64,000 bases of DNA from Actinomycetes bacterium (GTDB taxonomy: Bacteria > Actinomycetota > Actinomycetes > Prado026), in the NCBI GenBank assembly GCA_038210415.1, contig JBBQWS010000001.1, forward strand, positions 11,200 to 75,199. The letters run 5' to 3'. This document shows positions 54,301 to 61,980 of the stretch, piece after piece. The stretch's first letter is position 1, and every line of letters begins with the position of its first letter. The notes under the pieces are model-generated. The model saw only the letters and a program-made list of their open reading frames with translations. It was not told the origin of the DNA and did not search any database. Both the position numbers and the translations under genes were made by a program.

Positions 54301-54906
54301 GGCCGGGTCAACCCGCTGGCGCTGGAGGAGTTCGCTGCGCTCGAGGAACGGCACCAGTTCCTCACCGAGCAGCTCGAGGACCTCAAGAAGACGCGTCGCG
54401 ACCTGCTCGACATCATCAAGGACGTCGACGAGCGCGTGGAGCAGGTCTTCACGGCCGCCTACCACGACACCGCCCGCGAGTTCGAAGGCGTCTTCGCGCG
54501 GCTGTTCCCCGGCGGTGAGGGACGGCTGGTGCTCACCGACCCGTCGGACATGCTCAACACGGGCATCGAGGTCGAGGCGCGCCCACCGGGCAAGAAGGTC
54601 AAGCGCCTGTCACTGCTCTCGGGCGGGGAGCGGTCACTCGTCGCAGTGGCCCTGCTGGTGGCGATCTTCAAGGCCCGGCCGAGCCCGTTCTACGTGATGG
54701 ACGAGGTCGAGGCGGCGCTCGACGACACCAACCTGGGCCGGTTGCTGGGCCTTCTGGAAGAGCTGCGCGAGTCGTCCCAGCTCATCGTCATCACGCACCA
54801 GAAACGCACCATGGAGATCGCCGACGCCCTCTACGGCGTCTCCATGCGCGGCGACGGCGTCACTACGGTCATCAGCCAGCGGCTGCGCGAGGAGCAGCCC
54901 GCCTGA
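51334..54906 (+). CDS. smc: Chromosome segregation protein SMC
   Basis: 1190 aa with FKSF...GPNGSGKSN (Walker A), long coiled coils, a hinge, LSGGE and a Walker B near the C-terminus. Confidence 0.96.
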   Translation: MHLKSLTLRGFKSFASSTTLRFEPGITCVVGPNGSGKSNVVDALAWVMGEQGAKSLRGGKMEDVIFAGTAGRPPLGRAEVVLSIDNTDGALPVEFAEVTISRIMFRNGGSEYAINGDPCRLLDVQELLSDSGIGREMHVIVGQGQLDQVLSATPEDRRGFIEEAAGVLKHRKRKEKALRKLEAMQANLTRITDLTGELRRQLKPLGKQAEVARRAQVVQADLRDARLRLLADDLVTMRSTLQQEVADETALRERRARVEAASVGARQREAELEADVAEHSPRLAAAQEVWYRLAGVRERLRATQGLAGQRLRILATEPDDDRTGSDPDDLDAAAASARAEEQSLIAQVEADSVRLAAAVSARTRAEAALVAEERRVTSAERAAADRREGLARLSGQVAAARSRLETRTAEIDRLSTTLAEARSRAGNAQRDFTALESQVAGLDEGEVDLDSEHAAAAAAFDDAEQSVTRLREAEREAERERAGLIARKEALEMGLARKDGAGAVLAAGDRLSGVLGTVAALLTIRPGYEAAVAAALGSAADAVAVDGLDSAVGALRLLKADDAGRAPLVVAGGPATTATASLAASITLPAQAVPAADLVDAPSGLRPGLARLLGRTVVVDGVDDARALVARHPDLVAVTRQGDVLGVDFAHGGSASLPSLLEVQAAVDDAGARLEAAAAQAERLRTDLVRVTAQRQRASERVEAALVRLHESDARMAAVAEQLGQLGAAARAAVGEAERTAAALTVAEAARADDENSLTELDTRLRAAVASPVDDEPTVDDRDALAVAASNARQSEVEVRLSVRTGEERARALGGRAESLERAASDERSARERAAARRERRIRELAVAGAVARGAEHALLRIEGSLIAAAGERSAAELARTEVDAELLSVRAQARELAGELDQLTSSVHRDEVARAEQRLRIEALETKVLDDYGVEGDVLVDEYGPDQLVPASIPVPGAEEAAAEEPVPYVRAEQDKRARAADRDLALLGRVNPLALEEFAALEERHQFLTEQLEDLKKTRRDLLDIIKDVDERVEQVFTAAYHDTAREFEGVFARLFPGGEGRLVLTDPSDMLNTGIEVEARPPGKKVKRLSLLSGGERSLVAVALLVAIFKARPSPFYVMDEVEAALDDTNLGRLLGLLEELRESSQLIVITHQKRTMEIADALYGVSMRGDGVTTVISQRLREEQPA

Positions 54907-55011
54907 CCTGCGGTGACAAGGTTCGACCCGGTCGCGGCTAACGCCCGGATAACCACCTTTCGCACGGTCTGCGCGGGCTGCACAGTGGAGTTCTCACCTA
55001 CAGGAGGACCC

Positions 55012-55491
55012 ATGAGGCGTTCCCGCCGAATCGCACTATCGACCGCAGTGACCACCGGCGTGCTCGGTGTCGCAGGGGTGGCCGTGGCGGTCGTCCCGTC
55101 AGCCGTCCTGGCCGCGTCGCCGTCGTCGACCACTCCGTCGACGAGCACCGACGAGTCGGCCGCGCAGGAGGATGCGCTCCGGGTGGCCCTCGGCCAGCTC
55201 GACGGTCGCACGCTCTCGCTCGAGAAGGACCTGACCGCGGCGCAGCGCCAGCTGGCCGCCGCTCGGGCGGCCGCTGCGGCCGCCGAAGCAGCAGCCCAAG
55301 CCGGCGGCAACTCGCAGCGTCCTGCCTCGAAGCCGCAGCAGGCCCGCAGCCAGGCCCGCAAGGTCATCTACGTCCACGCGCCGGCGCCCAAGGTAACCAA
55401 GGTGACCAAGCCGCCGACGCACACCACCACGGGCGCCAGCGGGGCGAGCGGCGGCGACGACAGCGGCGAGGGCGGCGGCACCGATGACTGA
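55012..55491 (+). CDS. Small exported protein A (159 aa) with a Tat-like signal, a coiled coil and the C-terminal PPTHTTTGASGA motif
   Basis: AGGAGG at 55002-07. N-terminus MRRSRRIALSTAVTTGVLGVAGVAVAVVPSAVLAAS. The tail KPPTHTTTGASGASGG contains the [ST]GA[ST] core. Confidence 0.7.
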   Translation: MRRSRRIALSTAVTTGVLGVAGVAVAVVPSAVLAASPSSTTPSTSTDESAAQEDALRVALGQLDGRTLSLEKDLTAAQRQLAAARAAAAAAEAAAQAGGNSQRPASKPQQARSQARKVIYVHAPAPKVTKVTKPPTHTTTGASGASGGDDSGEGGGTDD

Positions 55492-55966
55492 GCTTCGCGG
55501 GCGTACCGCCCGGTGGTCCGCGGCAGCGCTGGCGGCCCCGGTGGTGGCGTCGCTGTTCGCCGGCACCACCGCCTGGGCCGTCCACCACGACCCGCTGCAC
55601 CCGGACGGCGCGGCATCGGCGACTGCGGCCACCCCGGCCAAGCTCGTCGCGCCGTCGGCGGACCCCACGCTGGTTGCGCTTCGCGCCGCACTCCTGGCCA
55701 ACGCCAAGAAGGTCGACGCGCTGAGCAAGCAGGTCGCAGGCGTGCGGGCCCAGGCCGCAGCCATGGCGAAGGGCACTTCGTCGGCCCGGCGCAGCACCTA
55801 CAGCGGTTCCGGTAGCTCATACCGTTCGTCCGGCTCCTCGAACTCGTCCAGCTCGAGCCGGTCGAGCGGCGGCGGGAACCAGTCGCCGATCGTGGTGACC
55901 ATCCCGGCTCCGGCCGCTCCGCCGCCCACCCACACCACGACAGGTGCGTCCGGGGCCGTCCGGTGA
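55484..55966 (+). CDS. Small exported protein B (160 aa), paralogue of A, ending in PPTHTTTGASGAVR
   Basis: N-terminal hydrophobic segment with AWA. Same central helix and Ser-rich linker layout as A. The tail motif is identical to A. 8-nt overlap with A and GTGA overlap with apbE. Confidence 0.7.
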   Translation: MTELRGRTARWSAAALAAPVVASLFAGTTAWAVHHDPLHPDGAASATAATPAKLVAPSADPTLVALRAALLANAKKVDALSKQVAGVRAQAAAMAKGTSSARRSTYSGSGSSYRSSGSSNSSSSSRSSGGGNQSPIVVTIPAPAAPPPTHTTTGASGAVR

Positions 55967-56991
55967 CCGGGATCCCGACGACCGGCGCCGCGTCGTCGAC
56001 GCCGGTCGTCGGGATCCTTCGCACGGTCACGCCGGATGTCGTCGCCAGCTTTCGGGCGATGGCCTCCGAGATCAACGTGCGGGTCGTCCGCCCGCGGCCC
56101 GGCGCTGCGGAGGCGGTCTGCCTCGCGGAGGACGTCTTCCACCGGGTCGAGAGGGCCTGCACGAGGTTCGACCCCGGCTCGCCGCTCATGCGGGCCAACG
56201 CGGCGCCGGGGCAGTGGCACCAGGTGCCTTCGGAGCTGTACGAGACCCTGATCGAGGCTGCCGCCGCCCATGCGATCACCGCCGGAGTGTTCGACCCACG
56301 GGTCCTTCGGGTCCTGGAGTCGTTCGGCTACGACCGTTCGCTGCCGTTCGGCGACGAGCCGGTCGAGTTGTCAGGGGCTTTGGCGCCGGGCCGGCACCGT
56401 CGCTCTGCCGCGGGTGGGCGAGCGGGTTGGGATCCGCACTTCGACGAGCCCTCTCGGTCGGTCTGGCTCGGCCCCGAGCCGGTCGACCTGGGGGGGATCG
56501 GCAAGGGGATCGCCGTCCGTTGGGCCACCGAGGCCCTGACCGGCGCGGGGGAGTCGACGCTGGTCGAGGCCGGTGGAGACTGCGCGGCCGTGGGCTCCGG
56601 ACCCGACGGCGACGGTTGGAAAGTCGGCGTGCAGGACCCCCGTGAGGGGGACGACCCCCTCGCGGTGCTCTCGCTCACCGACCGGGCCTGCGCGACGTCC
56701 TCGATCCGCCTTCGCCGTTGGCGGGCCGGCGGGCGCCAGGTGCACCACCTGATCGACCCGCGCACCGGTGAACCCGGCGGCGAGGGCCTGGCTGCGGTCA
56801 CCGTGGTGCACGACGACCCGGCCCTCGCCGAGGTCTGGAGCAAGTCGTTGTTCCTCGCCGGGCTGGACGGCATCGCCGACCGCGCGGCCGAACGCGGACT
56901 CGCCGCCCTGTGGGTGGCGCCCGACGGTTCGCTCGACCTGAGCGACTCGATGCGATCGATGGTCATCTGGAGGTACGACGGTGTCAGCTAA
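55963..56991 (+). CDS. apbE: FAD:protein FMN transferase (ApbE family)
   Basis: 342 aa. FRAMASEINVRV, FDPGSPLMRAN, AGVFDPRV, DLGGIGKGIAV and HHLIDPRTG follow the ApbE pattern. I see no obvious signal peptide or lipobox. Confidence 0.8.
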   Translation: MTGIPTTGAASSTPVVGILRTVTPDVVASFRAMASEINVRVVRPRPGAAEAVCLAEDVFHRVERACTRFDPGSPLMRANAAPGQWHQVPSELYETLIEAAAAHAITAGVFDPRVLRVLESFGYDRSLPFGDEPVELSGALAPGRHRRSAAGGRAGWDPHFDEPSRSVWLGPEPVDLGGIGKGIAVRWATEALTGAGESTLVEAGGDCAAVGSGPDGDGWKVGVQDPREGDDPLAVLSLTDRACATSSIRLRRWRAGGRQVHHLIDPRTGEPGGEGLAAVTVVHDDPALAEVWSKSLFLAGLDGIADRAAERGLAALWVAPDGSLDLSDSMRSMVIWRYDGVS

Positions 56992-57736
56992 CCGGGTCTC
57001 GACCCACCGAGAGTCGACGCATCGGGCGGCGGCGATCCCGGTCGACGACCGCCGCACCGTCGTCGAGCGGTTGGTCGCGATCGGCCGGGGCGTACTGCTC
57101 ACCCTGGGCGTCGCAGTCAGCACTGCGGTCACCGCGTGGATGATCGGCCGGGGCGTGCTGGCCGTGGCCGGTAACAAGCAGGCACCCTGGATCCTCGGTC
57201 GGGCCGCCGGCGTGACGTCCTACCTGCTCCTGGTCGGCCTCGTCGGGTTCGGACTGGTGCTCTCGCACCCGTGGCGAAGCCGGGTCACCTGGCCCAGCAC
57301 CGCCACCCGGATCCGGATCCACGTGAGCCTGGCGGTCTTCACCCTCGCGTTCCTGGTCCTGCACATCGTCGTGCTGGCCACCGACTCGTACGCGGGCGTG
57401 GGCCTGCGCGGTGCGTTGCTGCCGATGGGCGCTTCGTACCGTCCGGTCCCGGTCACGCTCGGGGTCATCGGCGCGTACGCGGGCCTGCTCGCGGGCGTCA
57501 CCGCCGCGATGGCTGGCCGCGTCACCGCGCGCATCTGGTGGCCGATCCACAAGGTGGCGGCGGTGTCGTTGGTGCTGGTGTGGGTGCACGGTCTGCTCGC
57601 CGGAAGTGACAGCCCTGCGCTGCTCGCGCTGTACGTCGCGACGGGGCTGGCCGTCGCTGCCTTGGCCGTGAGCAGGTACGCAGCGAGGACGCCGGCCGAC
57701 CGGGTCGCCGAGCTCACCGAAGGAGTCGACCGATGA
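56981..57736 (+). CDS. Ferric-reductase-like (FRD/MsrQ-like) 6-TM membrane protein, putative bis-haem b
   Basis: Six hydrophobic helices. Intramembrane His pairs at IHVSLAVFTLAFLVLH and IHKVAAVSLVLVWVH. Confidence 0.75.
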   Translation: MSANRVSTHRESTHRAAAIPVDDRRTVVERLVAIGRGVLLTLGVAVSTAVTAWMIGRGVLAVAGNKQAPWILGRAAGVTSYLLLVGLVGFGLVLSHPWRSRVTWPSTATRIRIHVSLAVFTLAFLVLHIVVLATDSYAGVGLRGALLPMGASYRPVPVTLGVIGAYAGLLAGVTAAMAGRVTARIWWPIHKVAAVSLVLVWVHGLLAGSDSPALLALYVATGLAVAALAVSRYAARTPADRVAELTEGVDR

Positions 57737-59073
57737 CCGGGGTGCCCTACCTCGTTCGGGCGACGACCCCGCCGACGGCACCAGCCGTCGGCGGACTCGA
57801 CGGGCGGCTGCTCGGCAGCCCGGTCACCTTCGACCTGCGGACGCGCGAGCACCCCGTGGGCGGCGTGCGGCACGACCTGGCCGACCACCTGGCGGCATTC
57901 GGGTCGCGCCCGTCCGCCGTCGGTCACCACGGCGACGAGCTGCTCGAGATCTTGCAGGACCTCGCGCTGACCGGTCGCGGCGGCGGGCACTTCCCGGTGG
58001 CGACGAAGTGGCGGGCCGCGCTGGGCGCAGGGGGCGGTGGCACGGTCGTGGCGAACGGCGCCGAGGGCGAACCGGCGAGCGCGAAGGACGCCACGTTGCT
58101 GCAGCTCCGGCCGCACCTGGTGCTCGACGGGCTGGCGCTGGCCGCCGAGACGATCGGTGCGGACGACGCGGTCGTCTGGCTGCACGAGGGCGATGTCGCG
58201 ACCCACCGTTCAGTCGCGCTGGCGCTGGTGGAGCGGCGCGCCGCGGGCGCGAGCGGCACACCCGTCCGCATCGCGACCGGCCCGGACCGGTACCTCTCCG
58301 GCGAGGCCAGCGCGGTCGTACGCGCCCTCGGCGGTGGCCCGGCTCTGCCCTACCTCGAACGCCGCCCTGCCGCGATCGAGGGCATCGGCGGGCTCCCCAC
58401 CGTCGTGCACAACGCCGAGACCATGGCGCGGGTCGCTCTGGCCGCCCGCACCGGGTCGGACGACGGCGACGCCGTCACCGGTGGGACGCTGCTCACCGTC
58501 GTGGGGCCGGACCGTCGGGTCGTGCTCGAGGCCGACCGTGACCAGACGATCGGCGCGATCATCAGCGAGGTGCTCGGTGGGTCCGAGCGCGTGCGACCAC
58601 CGGCGGCCGTCCTGGTCGGGGGTTTCGGCGGCAGCTGGTTGCCCTGGTCGACGCTCGCACCGCTCGCACCAACCGAACCCGCCTTGCGGGGCGTCGGCGC
58701 ATCGCTCGGAGCCGGGCTGCTGATCCCGTTGGCTTCCGGCGGCTGCGGTCTGTCCGAGACCGCCGCTGTGCTGCGTTACCTGGCTGCGTCGTCGGCCCGG
58801 CAGTGCGGGCCGTGCCTGTTCGGCCTGCCCGCCATGGACGAGCTCGTCACCTCGATCGCCGAGGGGTCGGCGAAGCGCTCCGACGTGCGCCAGCTGGAGC
58901 GGTTCATGGCCCAGATCGATCGTCGCGGCGCGTGCCACCACCCGGACGGTGCGCTGCGCATGGTCCGATCGGCGTTCGCCGTGTTCGCGGACGACCTGCA
59001 GCGACACCTGAAGGACGGCCCGTGCCCGGGGGCGCTGCACCAGCCGTCCATCCCAGTCCCGGAGGTGCACTGA
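57733..59073 (+). CDS. NuoF-like NAD(P)H-oxidising flavo/iron-sulfur protein
   Basis: GRGGGHFPVATKW, ANGAEGEPASAKD, YLSGEASAV and PTVVHNAET (51-kDa subunit fold), an SLBB-like segment, and a C-terminal Fe-S region QCGPC...GACHHPDG...GPCPG. Confidence 0.8.
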   Translation: MTGVPYLVRATTPPTAPAVGGLDGRLLGSPVTFDLRTREHPVGGVRHDLADHLAAFGSRPSAVGHHGDELLEILQDLALTGRGGGHFPVATKWRAALGAGGGGTVVANGAEGEPASAKDATLLQLRPHLVLDGLALAAETIGADDAVVWLHEGDVATHRSVALALVERRAAGASGTPVRIATGPDRYLSGEASAVVRALGGGPALPYLERRPAAIEGIGGLPTVVHNAETMARVALAARTGSDDGDAVTGGTLLTVVGPDRRVVLEADRDQTIGAIISEVLGGSERVRPPAAVLVGGFGGSWLPWSTLAPLAPTEPALRGVGASLGAGLLIPLASGGCGLSETAAVLRYLAASSARQCGPCLFGLPAMDELVTSIAEGSAKRSDVRQLERFMAQIDRRGACHHPDGALRMVRSAFAVFADDLQRHLKDGPCPGALHQPSIPVPEVH

Positions 59074-59074
59074 G

Positions 59075-59329
59075 ATGATCCGCGTTCCGCTGGGACCGGC
59101 CGCCCGTACGACGACCGCCCCTGCACCGGCTGCAGCGCCGCCGAGGCTACGGGTGGACCCTGTCCGGTGTGACGGCATCGGGATCTGCGCCCACCTCGCG
59201 CCGCAGATCGTAACCGTCGACTCCTGGGGCTACCCGATCATCGCTTCCGCGCCGCTGGACCGCCGGTCCCGGCGGCGGGCGGAGTCTGCCGTGTCGGCCT
59301 GCCCGCGCAAGGCGCTCTTCATCGCCTAG
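59075..59329 (+). CDS. Small single-cluster ferredoxin
   Basis: 84 aa with VDPVRCDGIGICAHLAPQIV...SACPRKAL (CxxxGxC...CP pattern). The start lies 1 nt after the upstream stop. Confidence 0.75.
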   Translation: MIRVPLGPAARTTTAPAPAAAPPRLRVDPVRCDGIGICAHLAPQIVTVDSWGYPIIASAPLDRRSRRRAESAVSACPRKALFIA

Positions 59330-59353
59330 CGCGGGCAGTCGCCTCGCGCTCGA

Positions 59354-60580
59354 CTACCCGACGAGGGCCGGTCGCATCGTCGTGCCGACCTCGGCGAGGT
59401 GCCGGCGGATCGCCAGCGCCGCCGCAGCGCCCTCGCCCGCAGCCGAGGCGGCCTGCTTCGTCGAGCCGGAGCGGACGTCGCCGGCCGCGAACAGGCCCTT
59501 CTGTGAGGTCTGCAGCCCGACGTCGGTGACCACGAACCCTGCGAGGTCCACGTCGACGAGGTGAGAGACCAGCTCTGCGTTCGGCGTCAGGCCGATGAAA
59601 ACGAAGACGCCATCCGGGTGGAGCTCGGTGCGTTCGCCGGTCACGGTGTTCTGGACGGTGACTCCGGAGAGCTTTCCCTCGCCGGAGAACTCGACCGGCG
59701 CCGAATGTGTCAGCACTGACATCTGCGGGTGCGCCTCGATCTTGTCGACCACGACCTTCGACGCGGAGAGCGCGGCGTCGCGGGTCACGAGGGTGACAGT
59801 GCGAGCGAACTTGGTGAGGAAGATGCCCTCCTCGCCGGCGGAGTTGCCGCCGCCGACGACGAGGACGTCGCGGTCGCGGTAGAACGCGCCGTCGCACGTC
59901 GCGCAGAAGTGGATGCCGGCACCGATGAAGTCGGCCTCGCCGGGGACGTCGAGCCGGCGATACGTCGAACCGGTCGCCACCAGGACGGCGGCAGCCCGGT
60001 AGACCTCTCCGTCACCGGTGGCGACGTCCCAGGCGTCGCCTTCGGGTTCGATGCCGGTGACCTGCTGGGCCGAGAGGATCTCGACTCCGAACCGCTCCGC
60101 CTGGGCGCGTAGGCGGGCCGCGAATTCATCGCCGGTGACGCCTTCGGGGAAACCGGGAAAGTTGTCGAGCCGCTCGGTGACCGCAGCCTGGCCGCCGACC
60201 CCGCCGCGTTCGATCACCAGGGTGTCGATCCCCTCGCGCGCGGCGTACAGCGCAGCAGTCAGACCGGTGGGCCCGGACCCGACGACGATCAGGTCGTAGT
60301 AGTGCTGCCGCGCAATCGTCTGTAGCCCGAGCTGGGCTGCGAGCTCGGCGTTGGAGGGCTCCACGAGGACGTCGCCGCCGGGGAAGACGATGGTGGGGAT
60401 GATCGTCTTGCCGTCGTTGTGCGCCTCGACCACGGCGCGGCCTTCTTCGTCACCGTCGACGTCGACGAAGCGGTACTTCACTCGTTGTTCCGCGAAGAAC
60501 TGCTTGGCCCGCTTGCAGTCGCCGCACCAAACGGTGCCGTACATGACGATCTCGGCCGACGTTTCGTGGTCCTGGGGCAC
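59354..60580 (-). CDS. Glutaredoxin/NrdH-like domain fused to a thioredoxin-reductase-type flavoprotein
   Basis: N-terminus: VMYGTVWCGDCKRAKQFF. Then YDLIVVGSGPTGLTAALYAARE, the redox centre HFCATCDG and GGGNSAGEEG. The HRRxxxR NADPH motif is degenerate (VTLVTRDAALSAS). Confidence 0.8.
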   Translation of the reverse strand: MPQDHETSAEIVMYGTVWCGDCKRAKQFFAEQRVKYRFVDVDGDEEGRAVVEAHNDGKTIIPTIVFPGGDVLVEPSNAELAAQLGLQTIARQHYYDLIVVGSGPTGLTAALYAAREGIDTLVIERGGVGGQAAVTERLDNFPGFPEGVTGDEFAARLRAQAERFGVEILSAQQVTGIEPEGDAWDVATGDGEVYRAAAVLVATGSTYRRLDVPGEADFIGAGIHFCATCDGAFYRDRDVLVVGGGNSAGEEGIFLTKFARTVTLVTRDAALSASKVVVDKIEAHPQMSVLTHSAPVEFSGEGKLSGVTVQNTVTGERTELHPDGVFVFIGLTPNAELVSHLVDVDLAGFVVTDVGLQTSQKGLFAAGDVRSGSTKQAASAAGEGAAAALAIRRHLAEVGTTMRPALVG

Positions 60581-60701
60581 GTTGTTCTCCTTAGCTATCG
60601 GTCGGCCCCCGGAAGGCCGTCGCTGGGGGAACCCGCGACTCGCCGCTCGGCTTCCCGTTCGCAGATGACGGCGATCTTACGGGTGATGGGAGACTGGCTC
60701 C

Positions 60702-61868
60702 GTGGATCACGCACTTGTCGCCGTCCTTGCCGTCCTGCTCGTGCTTGTCGTGGGCGCCGGAGGGCTGTTCCTGGCGCGCCGCGGGCGAGCTGGCGGTACC
60801 GCCGTCGCCGAGCGCCCGAAGCCGGGCATCGACTACGCGCCGGGGGTGGGTGACGACGCGGAGGTGCCGCGGGACACCCCGACCCGCCTGGTCGAGCAGC
60901 TCGACCTGCCCGCGGGACCCGCGACTGCGGTGCTGGACATACCCGCCCCGTCAGCCGGTCGGCTTGGCCGGCTGCGTGGTCGCCTTGCCCGCTCGCAGTC
61001 GACCCTGGGCTTGGGGCTGCTCGCCATCTTGTCGCGCGACAAGCTCGACGACCAGACCTGGCTGGAGGTGGAGGAGACGCTGCTCGTCTCCGATCTCGGC
61101 GTCGCACCGACGCAGGCATTGGTCGACCGGCTGCGGACCCGGGCTCGCGCGGATCACACCGGCGACGCGGCGGCCGTGCGCGCGATGCTGCGTGAGGAGC
61201 TGCTCGCGCTGGTCGGACCCGATCTCGACCGGTCTTTGTCGACCGAGCGAACCGCCGACGGGCGGCCCGCCGTCGTCCTCGTGGTCGGGGTCAACGGCAC
61301 CGGGAAGACGACAACGACCGGCAAGCTCGCCCGGGTGCTGGTCGCGGACGACCGCGACGTCCTGCTCGGGGCGGCGGACACGTTCCGGGCCGCGGCCGCC
61401 GAGCAGCTGACCACGTGGGGCGACCGGGTGGGCGTGCCGACTGTTCGCGGAGCCGAGGGTGCGGACCCCGCCAGTGTCGCCTTCCAGGCGGTGCAGGCGG
61501 GGATCGACGCCGAGGTCGACGTGGTGCTGATCGACACGGCCGGTCGGCTGCACACCAAGACCGGACTCATGGACGAGCTCGGCAAGGTCAAGCGCGTCAT
61601 CGAGAAGCTTGCCCCGGTCTCCGAGGTGCTGCTCGTGCTCGATGCCACCACCGGGCAGAACGGGCTGCAGCAGGCCCGGGTCTTTGCCGAGGTCGTCGAC
61701 GTCACCGGCATCGTGCTGACCAAGCTGGACGGTACGGCGAAGGGTGGCATCGTCGTCGCGGTGCAGCGCGAGCTCGGTGTGCCCGTCAAGCTGATCGGCC
61801 TCGGAGAGGGCGCTGACGACCTCGCGCCGTTCGAGCCCGAAGCTTTCGTCGACGCGCTGCTCGGCTGA
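60702..61868 (+). CDS. ftsY: Signal recognition particle receptor FtsY
   Basis: N-terminal TM segment, then an NG domain with GVNGTGKTTTTGKLA, DTAGRL and TKLDGTAKGG. Confidence 0.95.
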   Translation: MDHALVAVLAVLLVLVVGAGGLFLARRGRAGGTAVAERPKPGIDYAPGVGDDAEVPRDTPTRLVEQLDLPAGPATAVLDIPAPSAGRLGRLRGRLARSQSTLGLGLLAILSRDKLDDQTWLEVEETLLVSDLGVAPTQALVDRLRTRARADHTGDAAAVRAMLREELLALVGPDLDRSLSTERTADGRPAVVLVVGVNGTGKTTTTGKLARVLVADDRDVLLGAADTFRAAAAEQLTTWGDRVGVPTVRGAEGADPASVAFQAVQAGIDAEVDVVLIDTAGRLHTKTGLMDELGKVKRVIEKLAPVSEVLLVLDATTGQNGLQQARVFAEVVDVTGIVLTKLDGTAKGGIVVAVQRELGVPVKLIGLGEGADDLAPFEPEAFVDALLG

Positions 61869-61980
61869 TCCGACCTCGCGGTCAACCGATTTGGCCGTTC
61901 CGCTTGCCCGCCGCGTGTCGTTGGGTGTCAACTGCCTCATCGGACGGAGCTTCCACTGCTTCCTGCCTTGGAGCGCAAAA

